From Cycas panzhihuaensis (Eukaryota; Plantae; Cycadophyta), in assembly GCA_023213395.1 (NCBI GenBank), contig CM041465.1, positions 122,457,741 through 122,521,740 of the forward strand: 64,000 nucleotides of DNA, written 5' to 3'. How positions within the stretch are numbered: the first letter of the stretch is position 1; each line of letters opens with the position of its first letter. Positions 38,071 through 50,339 of this stretch are shown in pieces. Position numbers and translations under genes: made by a program. The notes below the pieces were generated by a model, which saw nothing but the letters and a program-made list of their open reading frames with translations, ran no database searches and had not been told where the DNA came from.

Positions 38071-39680
38071 AATAGGTTACAAAAGTCATCTCCAAAGATA
38101 CAAATAAGTAGGTGATAAATCAAGGTTAAAATCTAGACACCTAAAAGATTTAGAAAGACAAAGGAAAGTAGATTAAGGAATAGCCTAAATCTAGTTCTTT
38201 GAGTCAACAAATTATTAAACTAAAGACTAAGCCAAAGGAGGAAGAAATTGAAGATGAAAAGTTTATAGATGCTTAGGAAACACAACTAGATATGTAGCCT
38301 AAGGTCATTACATTCATCAAATTTCCTAAATGGTACTTAAAGCCTATTAAGCAAGCTTAGTTGCCTAAGATAAAGGAAAAATTAAGATCGAAGATGAGGC
38401 TTGATACCTTGCCAGTAGGCTAGTCTAATAAATTTAGTTCATCATATGAACATTAAAGGGGAGTATTAGAATTCATATTCATATGTGGACAAATTAATAG
38501 GTGAGTCATCAAGGCTAATGATAAGTGTTATAGGAGTTACTTAAGTCCTCTATGGACTTGTCACAAGTGTTAGGGTAAATATGAGTCTAATTTTAGACCA
38601 TTACTAAACTTATGTATACATAATAGTGTAGATGTTTATACATTATATTGGTAAGGATTTGTTCTTAAGGAATGACATTGTGGAGGTTGATCAATTCTAC
38701 CCATTTTTTGACTCCTATATTGCTATGTTTGGTTCTCATTCTTTGATCCTACATTATTCTAATTCATATTAAAAACTAATATTATACTCTAAAAATATCC
38801 CCTTGAAACAAATACTCTCTTCCTCTTAGTGAAAATCAATCTATATTATCAAAACCCATCTTAGTAGTCATATGATACATACAAGCCATGATGGAAGCAA
38901 ATTGACACCAATTTCAAGATGAATTGAAGTGTTTTTTCTCTATTAGTAAATACACACTAAAAATGGAAAGCGAATGCTACTATACTTTAGTATGAAACTA
39001 GCTTACTAGAGCCAAAAATAATAAAAATGACAACCTATTAGTACTCCATGAAAAGAGAACATGGATAAGGAACTAATATAAAGTACAATGGTAGGCATAC
39101 AAGTGTTAAAGTATATTGTAATAAAATGCCCCTTAGAATATGAGGGTTCTAAACTAGATGGGGGACAACTTAAGGATCTCTAGTGAGAATGATGACTAAA
39201 GGAATTAATCCCCATACTAAAATTTTAGAACATTAGTAATCTAGAATATTAGTTTGAAATTCTAAGCATTACTATTAGTTTAAGTAGATGGGAAGGGGAA
39301 GAAAGAGTAGGGGATGTATGTATATCATAAAGGAGATGAAATAAATCCTCTAATAAACATAATGATAAGCACAAAGTGAAAATATGCCCATGTTATGATT
39401 GTAAACTAGAGTACATATTGATAAAACTGAAATAATACCAATGGCTATATTAACCAACATGTCCCATGTCACAAAGATAAACTAAAATAAGTATATAAAG
39501 AAATATTTTACGAATATAAAATTGTATAAAACTATGAAAATGAAAGGGGTTGAGTATGCTAAGAAATCAAGTCATCATAGATGGATAATTTTAAGTGTTG
39601 AAGAGAATATATAGTCTAGATAACCTACAATATAAGAAGAATGAGCATATCCTAAATTGTATATTTAGGGATAGGAGTTT

Positions 39681-42600
39681 TGTTAGAGTGGCATCTGATC
39701 CACTTAATCTAACTAATGTCAATGTGGTACATTATTATATGAATAATATATGATGAAATAATGTGATGTAATTATATTATTGTGATCTAATAGATGCAAT
39801 ACATATATAATATGTGAGCCACTCATGGATCTATTTAAAGAGATCCAAAGTCTATTATACTTTACAAATTTTGTATCAATGCAATCAATATTATTCTATA
39901 GTGGGTTTTTACTGTGAGGTTTTCTACATTAATTCTGTTGTATGCTTATTGTGTACATAAACAATCTATTTGCCTATGATTTCTAATATATAATTAGAGT
40001 AGGTGGTTGTGTACAAGTAGGTATTTATTGGTTAGGATTTTTTAGATCACAGGTTGCTAGGTTATTCTAGCTCAACCCTTTGTTGAGGATCGTCTTTTTT
40101 AATAGCTAAAAAGGATAACCACAGGGTGCAATAATCAAGTAAAATAGCCCAAGTGGTTTCTATTGTTTGTTTTATAGATCTTTGTTGGTCATTCGAGGTG
40201 TGTTGAGGAGTATAGGAGGTTTCTTTACCTTATGTAGGTGTATGGGTGTATAACATTACCTAGTACCCCTTATTTCTAAAGTTGTAGCCTCTAGTTACTC
40301 AGTTGTCAAACAAGGATATGTAGCTTACCATGTGAAGGTGCTAGATCCATAGACAATGTTGGAGACTTAGTAAATAGAAATGTAGAAGACATTGTCTTCA
40401 TACTGAGGTTCATATAGGAAAAATATAACTGCTAAAGTTGAAGGAGATTCATCCAAAATAGATTACAAACTTGTTTGGAAGTTGGATATCTATTGATACA
40501 TACATGCCAGCCTAGATTGAGGAGTTTATATTATCTTATTGTACACATGCATGTTGATGTTATTGGAGAGAGATACCACCAATGAAGTGATAGTCATAGA
40601 TGTAGTGAAGGCACCCAATAGTGTATGATGTAGGTGCCACTAGGAGTACACAAATGGAGTAGAGTGAGACACACTAATCATATTATTTGCCATTCTTATT
40701 TGTAGCCCTCAAAAGTATTAAGAAGACATCATAGGAGAGATATGTTGTAGCAAATAACCAAAGTAGATGCCCCATACATATGTTATGCCATTGTCTGCTG
40801 CTGATGATTATAAGTCACAACAGCTCATAAACATAGGTTCATCATGTTTATGCAAGTTTATTGTAACACTTATAAATTCTACAAAGGTATTTTTCATATA
40901 TATTTTGTCATATCTTAAAGTCATAATGATATATTGAATTTCCATTTTAATTAAAGTCAATTTGATATCATATTTTGATATATCAAAGTTGCCTTTAATA
41001 TGTTTGGATTGCCTTCTTTGCATTATGGTTGAATTGATTCATATTAAGTAAACTTTATCAGAAGTAATACAATATATTATGGCATAAATATATGTCATAA
41101 GGCTTTGTTTTAATATGATGGCTAAGTGAGTGAATTGGGAATTCTTCATTAAAGAAAATGTTATTGTGATCTATTTTATGAATTGATTATTGTGTGAGAT
41201 AATTAGTTAAAGGCAACTTCTTCATTGTATTTTTATTGATAAAAGGTGTATTTTATATTGGCATATTATTATTGATATAAGGAATGTATAAGTGATATGA
41301 ATAGTTAGATTATTAATTATTGCATTAATATTACATTAATTTAAAAGTGGTGCTTTTTATACATATAATAGTGGTTTATTACATCAGACTTATGAACTAT
41401 TCAGATTTGTTCTTTCATTCAACAGTATATTGGCCTATTTTTTAAGTGGCTATCAACCTTGGTGAACCTTTATACTTTGGGTGGTTGAATGGACTATAGC
41501 TTGGGGGAATATAGCCTGTCATAGGTTGGTTTAGGGTCTTATATTTATCATTTTTTAAAGTCATAGAGAAGTTGGTTATGTTGGTTAGTTTTAATAGGAA
41601 TAACTTCAACAAATGGAATGCAAATGGTTAACTAGCTTTGGTGCATTATGAAATCTACATTATTAAATGTTCCCTTAGATGAAAAATAACATATACGTGC
41701 TAAGGAAAAATAATTCATGGTTGTAGGGTTACTTAAGTTATATTTTGTCCTAGATTAAAGAGTTTTAATCCACAACCTAGAAACCCTGCATAAGATTTGG
41801 ACCATATTATGTGAGACATTTGAGAAGAAGAAAATTAATCATTATGTCGCTCTTATGATGGAACTATTGAATTATAAGGTAGAATATAAGAACAACATTA
41901 ATGCATACTTAAATAAAATCATTGATTTAAGGAATAGGTTAAATGAATTGAAGTCAAACTTAATTGATGATGCATTACTTTTTGCCATTATTATGTTAAA
42001 GTTGCCTATTATATTTGGAACCTTCTAAACTATCTATATTAGAGATAAAGTTATGGAAGGTAAATCATTTAAGTCATTAAAAAACGGGATTCTATCAAAG
42101 GATTCTAGCTATAGTTCAAGCATCATGGAATATTTCTTAGCTATAGTTCAAATCATGCTTTGGTCATGAAGACAAAAAGAAATGATGTAGCTCATAAGGG
42201 TACGTCTACACGAAAAATATGTGAGACCTCTCAAGGAAAGAAGAAGTTTATTAGTAAGTGTAATTACTGCAAGAAAGAGGGCCACAAAGAAAATAATTAT
42301 TAGTTTTAGAAGTGAGATAAGTTCAAGTCTAACCAAGATGATGAGGGGGAGAGTGTAGTGGCATATTATGTTAGGGTATCAATGTTGAGTTAAATAAGAA
42401 AGACTATTGGATCCTAGATTCTAGTATATAAAACACATCACGCTTTAGAAGTAGAACTTTGATGCCATGGATGTAGGTACAAGTGATAGTAATGTGATTT
42501 TTAGATATGTTCATGTTTTACCTATAGAAGGGATTGGTTCTGTTTCACTTATAAGAGGTAAGTTTAATGGTATTTACTACATTCCTAAGATGAAGTTTAA

Positions 42601-45540
42601 TCTTCTTTCTACTTAGGAAATCTACTGGCAAGGTATATAAATTGAGCTTTGTAATAATACATGCATAGTTAAGGATCCTACAAAGGACTTTTCTTTCGTT
42701 GCTACTACAAGAGTGTAAGATAACTTTTAGGTGTTCAAGAAATTTAGAGCCTAACATGATTCCTATGTTATTGTTATTAGTGATGATGATATGAGTAAGT
42801 TATAACATAAGCATTTGGGTCATCTTAACTATAAAAAAATCAACCTAATGAATAGTTTAAAGATGGTGATAAGGTTGTCACATGTTCTTTGTTCAAAAGG
42901 TATTTGTGAAGGATGTATATATGGAAAGCACCATCATTATCGGTTTTCTAGTGATAGTGTATGGAGAGTAAAGGAGAAGTTAGAATTTATTCATACTTAC
43001 TTGATGGATCATCTATATAATCCTTCTATTTTTTATGCTTGATTTATCCTTGTATTTATAAATAACTATAATACAAAAGCCTCAGTATTATTTTTGAAGA
43101 ATAAGTATGATGTATTTGATTAATTTTATGAATTGAAAGTTAGTGTTAAGAATGAATGTAATAAGAAAATAAAGATTTTGAGTGATAATAAAAAGGAGTA
43201 TGATAATAATGTCTTTAATCAATTCTACCTTGATCATGGTATCAAATGGAAGTTAACCATCTCGTATACCCCATAGAAAAATGGTGTTTCAAAGAGGAAG
43301 AACCATACCATGATAGAGATGGTGAGGTATATGGTACATACTAAGAATCTACCTCCTATATTTTGGGTAGAAGTTGTGAAAGTTATTTGTATTTTGAATA
43401 AGGTCCCTAATAAAGTTATTTGTGGTATTACTCCTAAAGAATATTGAACCAATTAGAAACTTTTAATTAATTATTTCAAAGTATTTGGATGCATTACATA
43501 TGTACACATCCTTAATGCATATTGAAAGAAGTTGGATTGTAAGAGTTTGATGCATATTTTTGTGGGGTACTCATAAGAGAATAAGGCTACAAACTTTAGG
43601 ATCCATAAGGAAAGAAACTTTTAGTTAGTTAGAATGTTAAGTTTAATAAGTCAATAATGTACCATAATGAGAGGTCATTTGAAGATATATTTTTTCCTCC
43701 ATTTCTTCTCTTTTTAAGTTGTGTTTCAATAGGCATAAAGGTTAATGACCCTAACATTGTGTTAGGAATGGAAGCAAGACCTAAAGGGAGTAATGATAAG
43801 GAGTCATTGCAAGTTAAAGTACAGGCAATACCTCATGTTCCATTATGGGCTAGGAGGACCATTGAGGATTTCAGTGTGATAGTTGAAGATCTTGAAGATG
43901 GATGAAGAATATGGAGTTGACATGTCAGTCAAACTTTAGTGGTGGACACCAGTGATTCTAGTGCTCCCATTTTGTATGATGAAACAAAAGATGATCCATG
44001 ATAGAGAGTTATAATGGAGAAGGAGTATAATTTAATTATGAAGAATGATACATGAGATTTGCTTCCTTTACCTTCTTCCAAGGACCTAATCAATTGTAAG
44101 TGGGTCTATAAGATAAAGTATCACTCCAATGGAGAGGTAGATAAGTATAAAGCTAGACTTATTGTATAGGATTTCAAATAGAAAGAAAGAATAGATTATG
44201 AGGAAACATTTACAGTAATTTCCAAGATGTCAACAGTCTAATTGATCCTTGCTTTAAAAACTACATTTAGATGGGACTTACATCAAATAGATATGAAGTC
44301 AACATTCCTTAATAGAGACTTGAAAGAGGAGATCTGCATGGCTTAAACTCTTAGTTTTATAAAGTAAGGTCAAGAGCATTTAGTGTATTACTTAAAGAAA
44401 TCTCTTTATGGCCTAAAATAAGCATCACATACTTGGTATAATAAGATTGATGCTAGATTGAAGAAAGATGGTTTTGTGTCAATAAAATTAGAACCAAGTT
44501 TTTATATTCAAAAGAGTGGAATTACAATAGTTATTATTGTGTTATATGTTGACGACCTTATTGTTACAAAGAATTATAATAAGACTATTATAGCTACAAA
44601 GGCCTATTTGGGACATACTTTCGATTTGACAGATCTTAGACATATTCATTACTTCTTGGGTATTAAGATTAAGTAAATGGATGTTTACATCCAATCAAGG
44701 TATACTAAAAATCTACCTGAGAGATTCAAGGTGAAGGATTACAAACTCACAAAGACACCACATGTAAAGGGCACAAAGCTTCTAAAGGATATAAACAAGC
44801 CAGCTATAGATGGGACTTTATATTGACAATTAGTAAGGAGTTTGATTTACTTAACTCATACTAGGTCTGGTATTGCTTATGTTATTGGATTAGTATCTCA
44901 TTATATGGAGAATCCCCAAGAACCTCATTATGTTGCTATAAAGAGGATTCTAAAGTATGTTAAGGGAACACTTAATCTTAACCTTAAATACCTTTGTGAT
45001 GGAGAGGCAAACTTGCATAGGTATACTAATATTAATTGGGGTGAAGATGCAAAAGATAGGAAATCAACTACAAGATACATTTTTGGTATTGGCAATGGGT
45101 ATGTATCATAGAAACCTAAAAATTAATCTACCATTACAATCTTCTACAGAGGCTAAGTACCAAGGACTAAGTATTAGTGTGAGGGAAGTTGTATGATTGC
45201 AAGGACTTTTGAAGACCTTTATAACATTATCTAGCACACATGTTATACATATCGATAATCAGAGTACTACTCAACTTTTAAAGAATCTAGAATTTCACTC
45301 ATATATGAAGCACATTGAGATTCAACATAATTATATTCGTGAGTAGATCAGATCAGGGAAGTTGCAAGTTGAGTTTCATTGAAGTAAAGAACAACTTACA
45401 CATATATTCATCAAAGCTCTTACTAAAGACCACTTCGTCAAGATTCATATAAATTTAGGACTTAGTGAACTTATCATTAAGGGGGGTTTATTAATAAGGA
45501 TAAAGATAAAGGTTAGACCAACCCCTATGATTTCTCATAA
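39681..45540 (+). mobile_element. Copia-E: degenerate copia related to copia-D; no 3' LTR found
   Basis: Candidate 5' LTR 39681..39988 shares motifs with the copia-D LTR; decayed PBS. Gag-pol ~41563..45480 is colinear with copia-D (PLWARRTIED, VLYVDDLIV, CEGCIYGKHH). Confidence 0.85.
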
Positions 45541-45749
45541 GTTCAAATATGTATATGTTAAACTAGAGCTTGAAATGAAGGACATATTTATATAGCCTTC
45601 ACTAGGTATGAAGATTCTTTAATAATGACTCTTGTTAAAGGAGATATAAGATCAAACACTTGTGAATGTAGTGCCCCTATGTATTTCCTAGCAAAATACA
45701 ACTCATATTAGTGATATTAATAGGAGGTGTGTATGGAGGGGTGTCTTAT

Positions 45750-48440
45750 CATTTACTGTCAAAGAGAATAACTCATAATAGATGGGAGTTATTAAGGGCA
45801 TGTTAGTCATGCTAATTAATGGATTAGACTAACAAAGGGACTCTAAAGAGATGTAGGTGATGGAATGGAATAAAGTGGACTCACCTTAATAAAAATATTC
45901 AATGTGATCAATAAGATGGGGATCTTTTTAAAAGGTGGCTTAATTGAAGGGCCTAACTTTACTGGTGAGTAATGTTGGAAATCTATTCTAGAGGAAAGCT
46001 AGAGTGTTGGAAAGCTTTAGTCTCATTTGTACTTAATGTGGCTTAGAAATGAACTAGTCTAGGTAACACATTCCTACCAAAATACAAGGATGATATTTCT
46101 CTAACATGGAATGTAAGAGATATCTTGTGGTAGAGGTCGAGGGATAGTGATGGAGATAAGTTACACTTATTCTATACCCATCCTATTATATACAAATAAA
46201 TAGTATGGTGTCAATTGTTGAAGGATAAGATGCCAGAAAGGAATGAATAGCCTTAGTTATGGGTTGAAATATTTTAAAAGATAAAAATGAAGCATAATGC
46301 AAACCTAATACCAATAGTTATACCATTATGACAAATAAAATTTTTAGAGATCGTTGTAATGGTGGAAGTGAAGTAGCATAGGGATAACAAAATAATAAAA
46401 AGAAAGACTTAGTGTAATGATTGTAAGATATATCTATAATAGAATTATATATAGAAAACTTATTGAACTCCTCAAACTATATAATGTGAAATCCTAATAT
46501 ATAAAAGAAATGGGGATAGAGGTTTGAGATCTATGTTAATATATTAATTAAGATACTTTATGAATTAGATGAGGCAAAGGGCGAAGAGTAATATTAGTTG
46601 ATAGGTAAGTTATAAAATAATAGAAGTAATTAAATAATATAAAAAAATAAATACATGTGAGGCTCTAATAGGCTTAACATGGCTATATGCAAGTTTGGAA
46701 TGAAAGATATATTTGCAATGAGTATAACACTTTATCAAGGTTGGAAATCAAGTACGAATAATATGCTTAGATAATTTGTTAATATTAAAATATGAAAAGT
46801 ATAATAAAATAATTAAAAAAAACATAAATAAATTATCAAAAAAATGAAAATACAATGGAAATGAGGAAATAATGATTAAATAAGAATGTATAACAAAGAT
46901 TTATGAGGATTATATACTAAAATATTAAAACAAAAAAAAGGCTTTTAGTAGGGTTGTTAAGGGTTCCTCATCCATTATGATAAGGAGACAATAAATTTAA
47001 AAATGTATATTAAATTGGTAATAAAGAATGATGATTTAAGGAGTACAACAAATGGCTAAGATATGAAGCAAATGAGAGTTTTCTTATATGAAGATGATAG
47101 GCTCACATGAGTAGGTTTGATTATAGGAGTATATAATGGAGAGGTATTCTTAAGGAAGGCAAGGAATTTAAATAAGGTATATCATTTACATAAGGGTAAA
47201 AGAGGTGTGGTAGGAATAGGAAGGGGATGAGTGGCAATGGAGAGAGTTCATATAGAATTAATAAGAACAATAAGAAGAGAAAGTAAGGTATGGAGGATGA
47301 TAGATGCATCATATATACCATGTCTAATAGGATCAAGGAAGAGTATAGGAGGAAAGACATCATATAATATGACAATGGAGATAGGTTTAAGGCAATCATC
47401 ATGGGGGGATAATAATGGATCAGGTAAATAAGAATGGATGAGAGTAAGGAAGAGCTTGGTGCCACTAGGAAGTAAAGTGATAGGAAAGGTAGAAATAGAT
47501 AAGGAAGAGACTTTGGTGAGAGTAGAAATTAGGTCATAAATATGGGCATATTTGGAAGGTTAAGGGAGCAAGATAGGGAGTAAAGGTAATAGTGATAAAG
47601 AGAGGATCATTAGAGAAGGAGCACAAGAAGGGTTGTTGAAAGGAAGAGTGAATAAAGAAGGAAATGGATTAATAAGAAAAATCTATAGGACATATGGGAT
47701 TAGAGTAACATATGTGAAATTATAGGAGTGAAGATAGGTTGGGAGGGAAGGGTATAGGGATAATATTCAAGATGGTAGGTGGAAAGTGTAATGTGAAGTA
47801 TAATAGAATAAATAAGAGTTATTATAGTAGAAAGGAATTGTGGATCTAAAAGAGAATACATGGTAGGGAACAAAGTAGATAACAAAAATATTAGTTAGAT
47901 GCAAGTTTATGTAGAAGGAATATAATAGAGGAGGTTGGAGGGTATGATATTGGAGAAGATAAAAGGGCATAACCTTATAGAAGATAGAAGGGAAAGGGAG
48001 GATGGGCAATGCATAATATGTGAGCATTTATATGAGATTAGGAAACTAAGTTAAAATGATAGTAAAATATTTGGGGGTTGTTGAGGAGAAAGTATAACCA
48101 TATATTAGTGTGTACCTAATGGAAGACAATGATGTTAAAGGAAATGGATTTTATATATGGAAAATAAGAAGTTAGGGTAAGTAGGTAGGATTTAGGGATA
48201 ACTAAGTTAAGAAGAAATATAAAAGCCTTGGGAGGCCATAATACTATGAGTGATCATGGGTATTTGCATAATAAAACCCATATAATGGGTGGGTAGGAAG
48301 ATGGTTGAAGGGGAATTAGGTTTCCACTATTATAACATAAGTGAAGAGCATTAAGGTTGGCCTAAAACTAATGATATAAGTGTAAATAATATGGTATTCA
48401 TACCAAAGGGAATGAAGAATATCGAATAGGGTTATTAAGG
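45750..48440 (-). mobile_element. Probable L1-type LINE ORF2 relic
   Basis: Minus-strand remnants in the expected order: GLP-like ~48235, PI...SIFYKVM...LQP ~47940-48010, FLINP ~47670, LRIPL (YLGIPL-like) ~47145. Very degenerate. Confidence 0.5.
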
Positions 48441-48446
48441 GAAATC

Positions 48447-49352
48447 TGTGTGTGTGTGTGTGTTAGCAAATAATAAGGAGGGAATTTCTAAAAGAGTGGG
48501 TTAGGATTATTGAATAGCCAATTATAAGGTGGTTAAGAGAAATAAGGGTTAATAAATTATTAGGAAGGGAATAATATTTATATAGAAGGTGATTTCATAG
48601 GAGGTATTAGGGATTGTTAGTAATGAAATTTATAGGAGATAGATGGGAACCAAGAGTTAAGGAGATAAAGGGCACCATTAGGATTTTAGAGAATAGAATA
48701 TTATGGAGTTACATTAGTTGGACTAAGTGGACAAATGTCAATATAGTCTAGCTTAGGGTTGTTATAGAGGAGGTGATGAGAATAATGTATATAGTGTTAT
48801 CACTAATGAGTTGGTGGTGGTTGAAGGGAGAATGAGGTTGGCATCATCATGATATAGGTGAAGGGTCTTAGGGGAGGCCTAGTATCCATACTAAAGGAAA
48901 TGCAAAATGTTAGATAGATTTATTAGAAGAAGATATATATATATATATATATATATATAGGTAGGTAGGTAGGTAGGTAGGTAGATAAACGTTAGGAAGG
49001 GAATGCTTAGAAGAGTAAGTTGGGATTATTGAATAGGTAATTATAAGGTGGTTAAGAGAAATAAGGTTTAATTAATTATTAAAAAGGGAACAATATTTAT
49101 ATAGAAGTCTAATTATGTGGGAGGTGTAGGGGAATATTATTAATAGATAGGAGATGGTTGGGAACTAAGAGTTAAGGAGGTAGAAAGTACCATTTAGATT
49201 TTAGAAGACAAATTATTATGGAGTTATAATATTTTGACCAAATTGACAAATGTTAATATAAACTAGTTTAGGGTTGTTATAGAGGAGGTGATGAAATAAT
49301 GGGTATAATGCTATCCCTAATGAGTTGGTGATGGATGAAGAAAGAAGGAGGT
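48447..49352. repeat. ~370-bp direct repeat (offset ~518 bp), each copy preceded by a microsatellite
   Basis: aattataaggtggttaagagaaataagg occurs twice. (TG)n 48447..48462; (AT)n plus (GGTA)n 48933..48984. Confidence 0.88.
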
Positions 49353-49498
49353 TTCTTATAAGGACTTGGCCCTAATTTGACTTAATGGTATATCTTTCTT
49401 AGATAAGTTACTCCTCAAACAATATATGTATATAAAGTTTTCTTTATCTTATAGCTTTATTCATAAGTAATCTCTTCTCATTTTATAGTTTTATTCCC

Positions 49499-49628
49499 CC
49501 TATGTAAGGTGGAATCTTATTCCATGCTCCACCAAGTATGACGATGCACTATTTAGTCTTGTTCTTGTTCATCCTATGTAAGGTGGAAGCTTATTCCATG
49601 CTCCACCAAGTATGAAGATGCACCATTT
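49499..49628. repeat. 56-bp direct repeat, period 74
   Basis: cctatgtaaggtggaa.cttattccatgctccaccaagtatga.gatgcac occurs twice. Confidence 0.9.
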
Positions 49629-50339
49629 TCTGTTCATTAGAACAATTAGTCTATTTATATTATATCATGTTATAAGGTGTTGGATTTTTTCTCTAACACT
49701 TTGAATGATGTAGTTATATTGTTGTAGCTTACATAATATAAAAGCCAATCAGATTACTTAGATGGGTAATATAAATAGGGGAGAGTATGATATGAAGGAA
49801 GAAGGAACAAAGGAGAAAACAAATGTAAGGATAGATACTAGGTATAAATATTTACATAACATATTTGGGGTTTAAGAGCTTAGTTAGCAGACATTAAAAC
49901 TTGTAGAGAATAATTCCACCAAGTGGAATAATAAGTTTCCAACTTTCTAACAATTATGGTATCATTGAAAATGGACTTCATAATGAAAGGATATAAAGCC
50001 TTAAAATGAATAATCAAGTTAAGTATCATAGAGTAATAGATTTTTTGTAACTTTATAAATGAGTCATTAAGAGATGGACTGATTGGACTCGATTATGAAA
50101 CTATAAGTGGAGGAATACAAAGGAATTAATTCTTGTAATCTTATAAATAGGCTAGTGAGGAAAACCCTTCATGTGACCAACTCCAAAACTATAAAGTAAA
50201 GTGATATAAAGGAAGTCTCTTACAATCTCGTAGATGCATTTCTTAGAGTAAGATGTTTACTTGAAGTGTCAAAAAAATTGAAAATAAAGGGACAAATAGT
50301 AAGTTCCCGTAGTTCTACTAATAGACATTCTCTATTAAA

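Larger units (their letters stand above)
28279..38771 (+). mobile_element. Copia-C: LTR element with gag-PR-INT but no RT/RNase H
   Basis: LTRs 28279..28588 and 38464..38771; PBS tggtatcatagt 28589..28600; PPT aaaggggag ending 38463; TSD aaaat/aaaac. Interrupted by copia-D. Confidence 0.9.
27600..39680 (+). mobile_element. Highly decayed Ty3/gypsy pol relic (gypsy-B), split by copia-C; pieces ~27600..28278 and 38777..39680
   Basis: LCID-like RT remnant ~27735. Integrase-like LKM, TWIR..QW and IKMP remnants at ~38950-39135. Chromodomain-like RWIILSVEEN ~39580. Purine tract 39667..39677. Motifs are weak. Confidence 0.45.

Noticed and set aside
47121-48027. Hydrophobic Leu/Ser/Pro/Tyr-rich ORFs as membrane proteins
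   Set aside because: A by-product of the C/T-rich strand of a decayed repeat.
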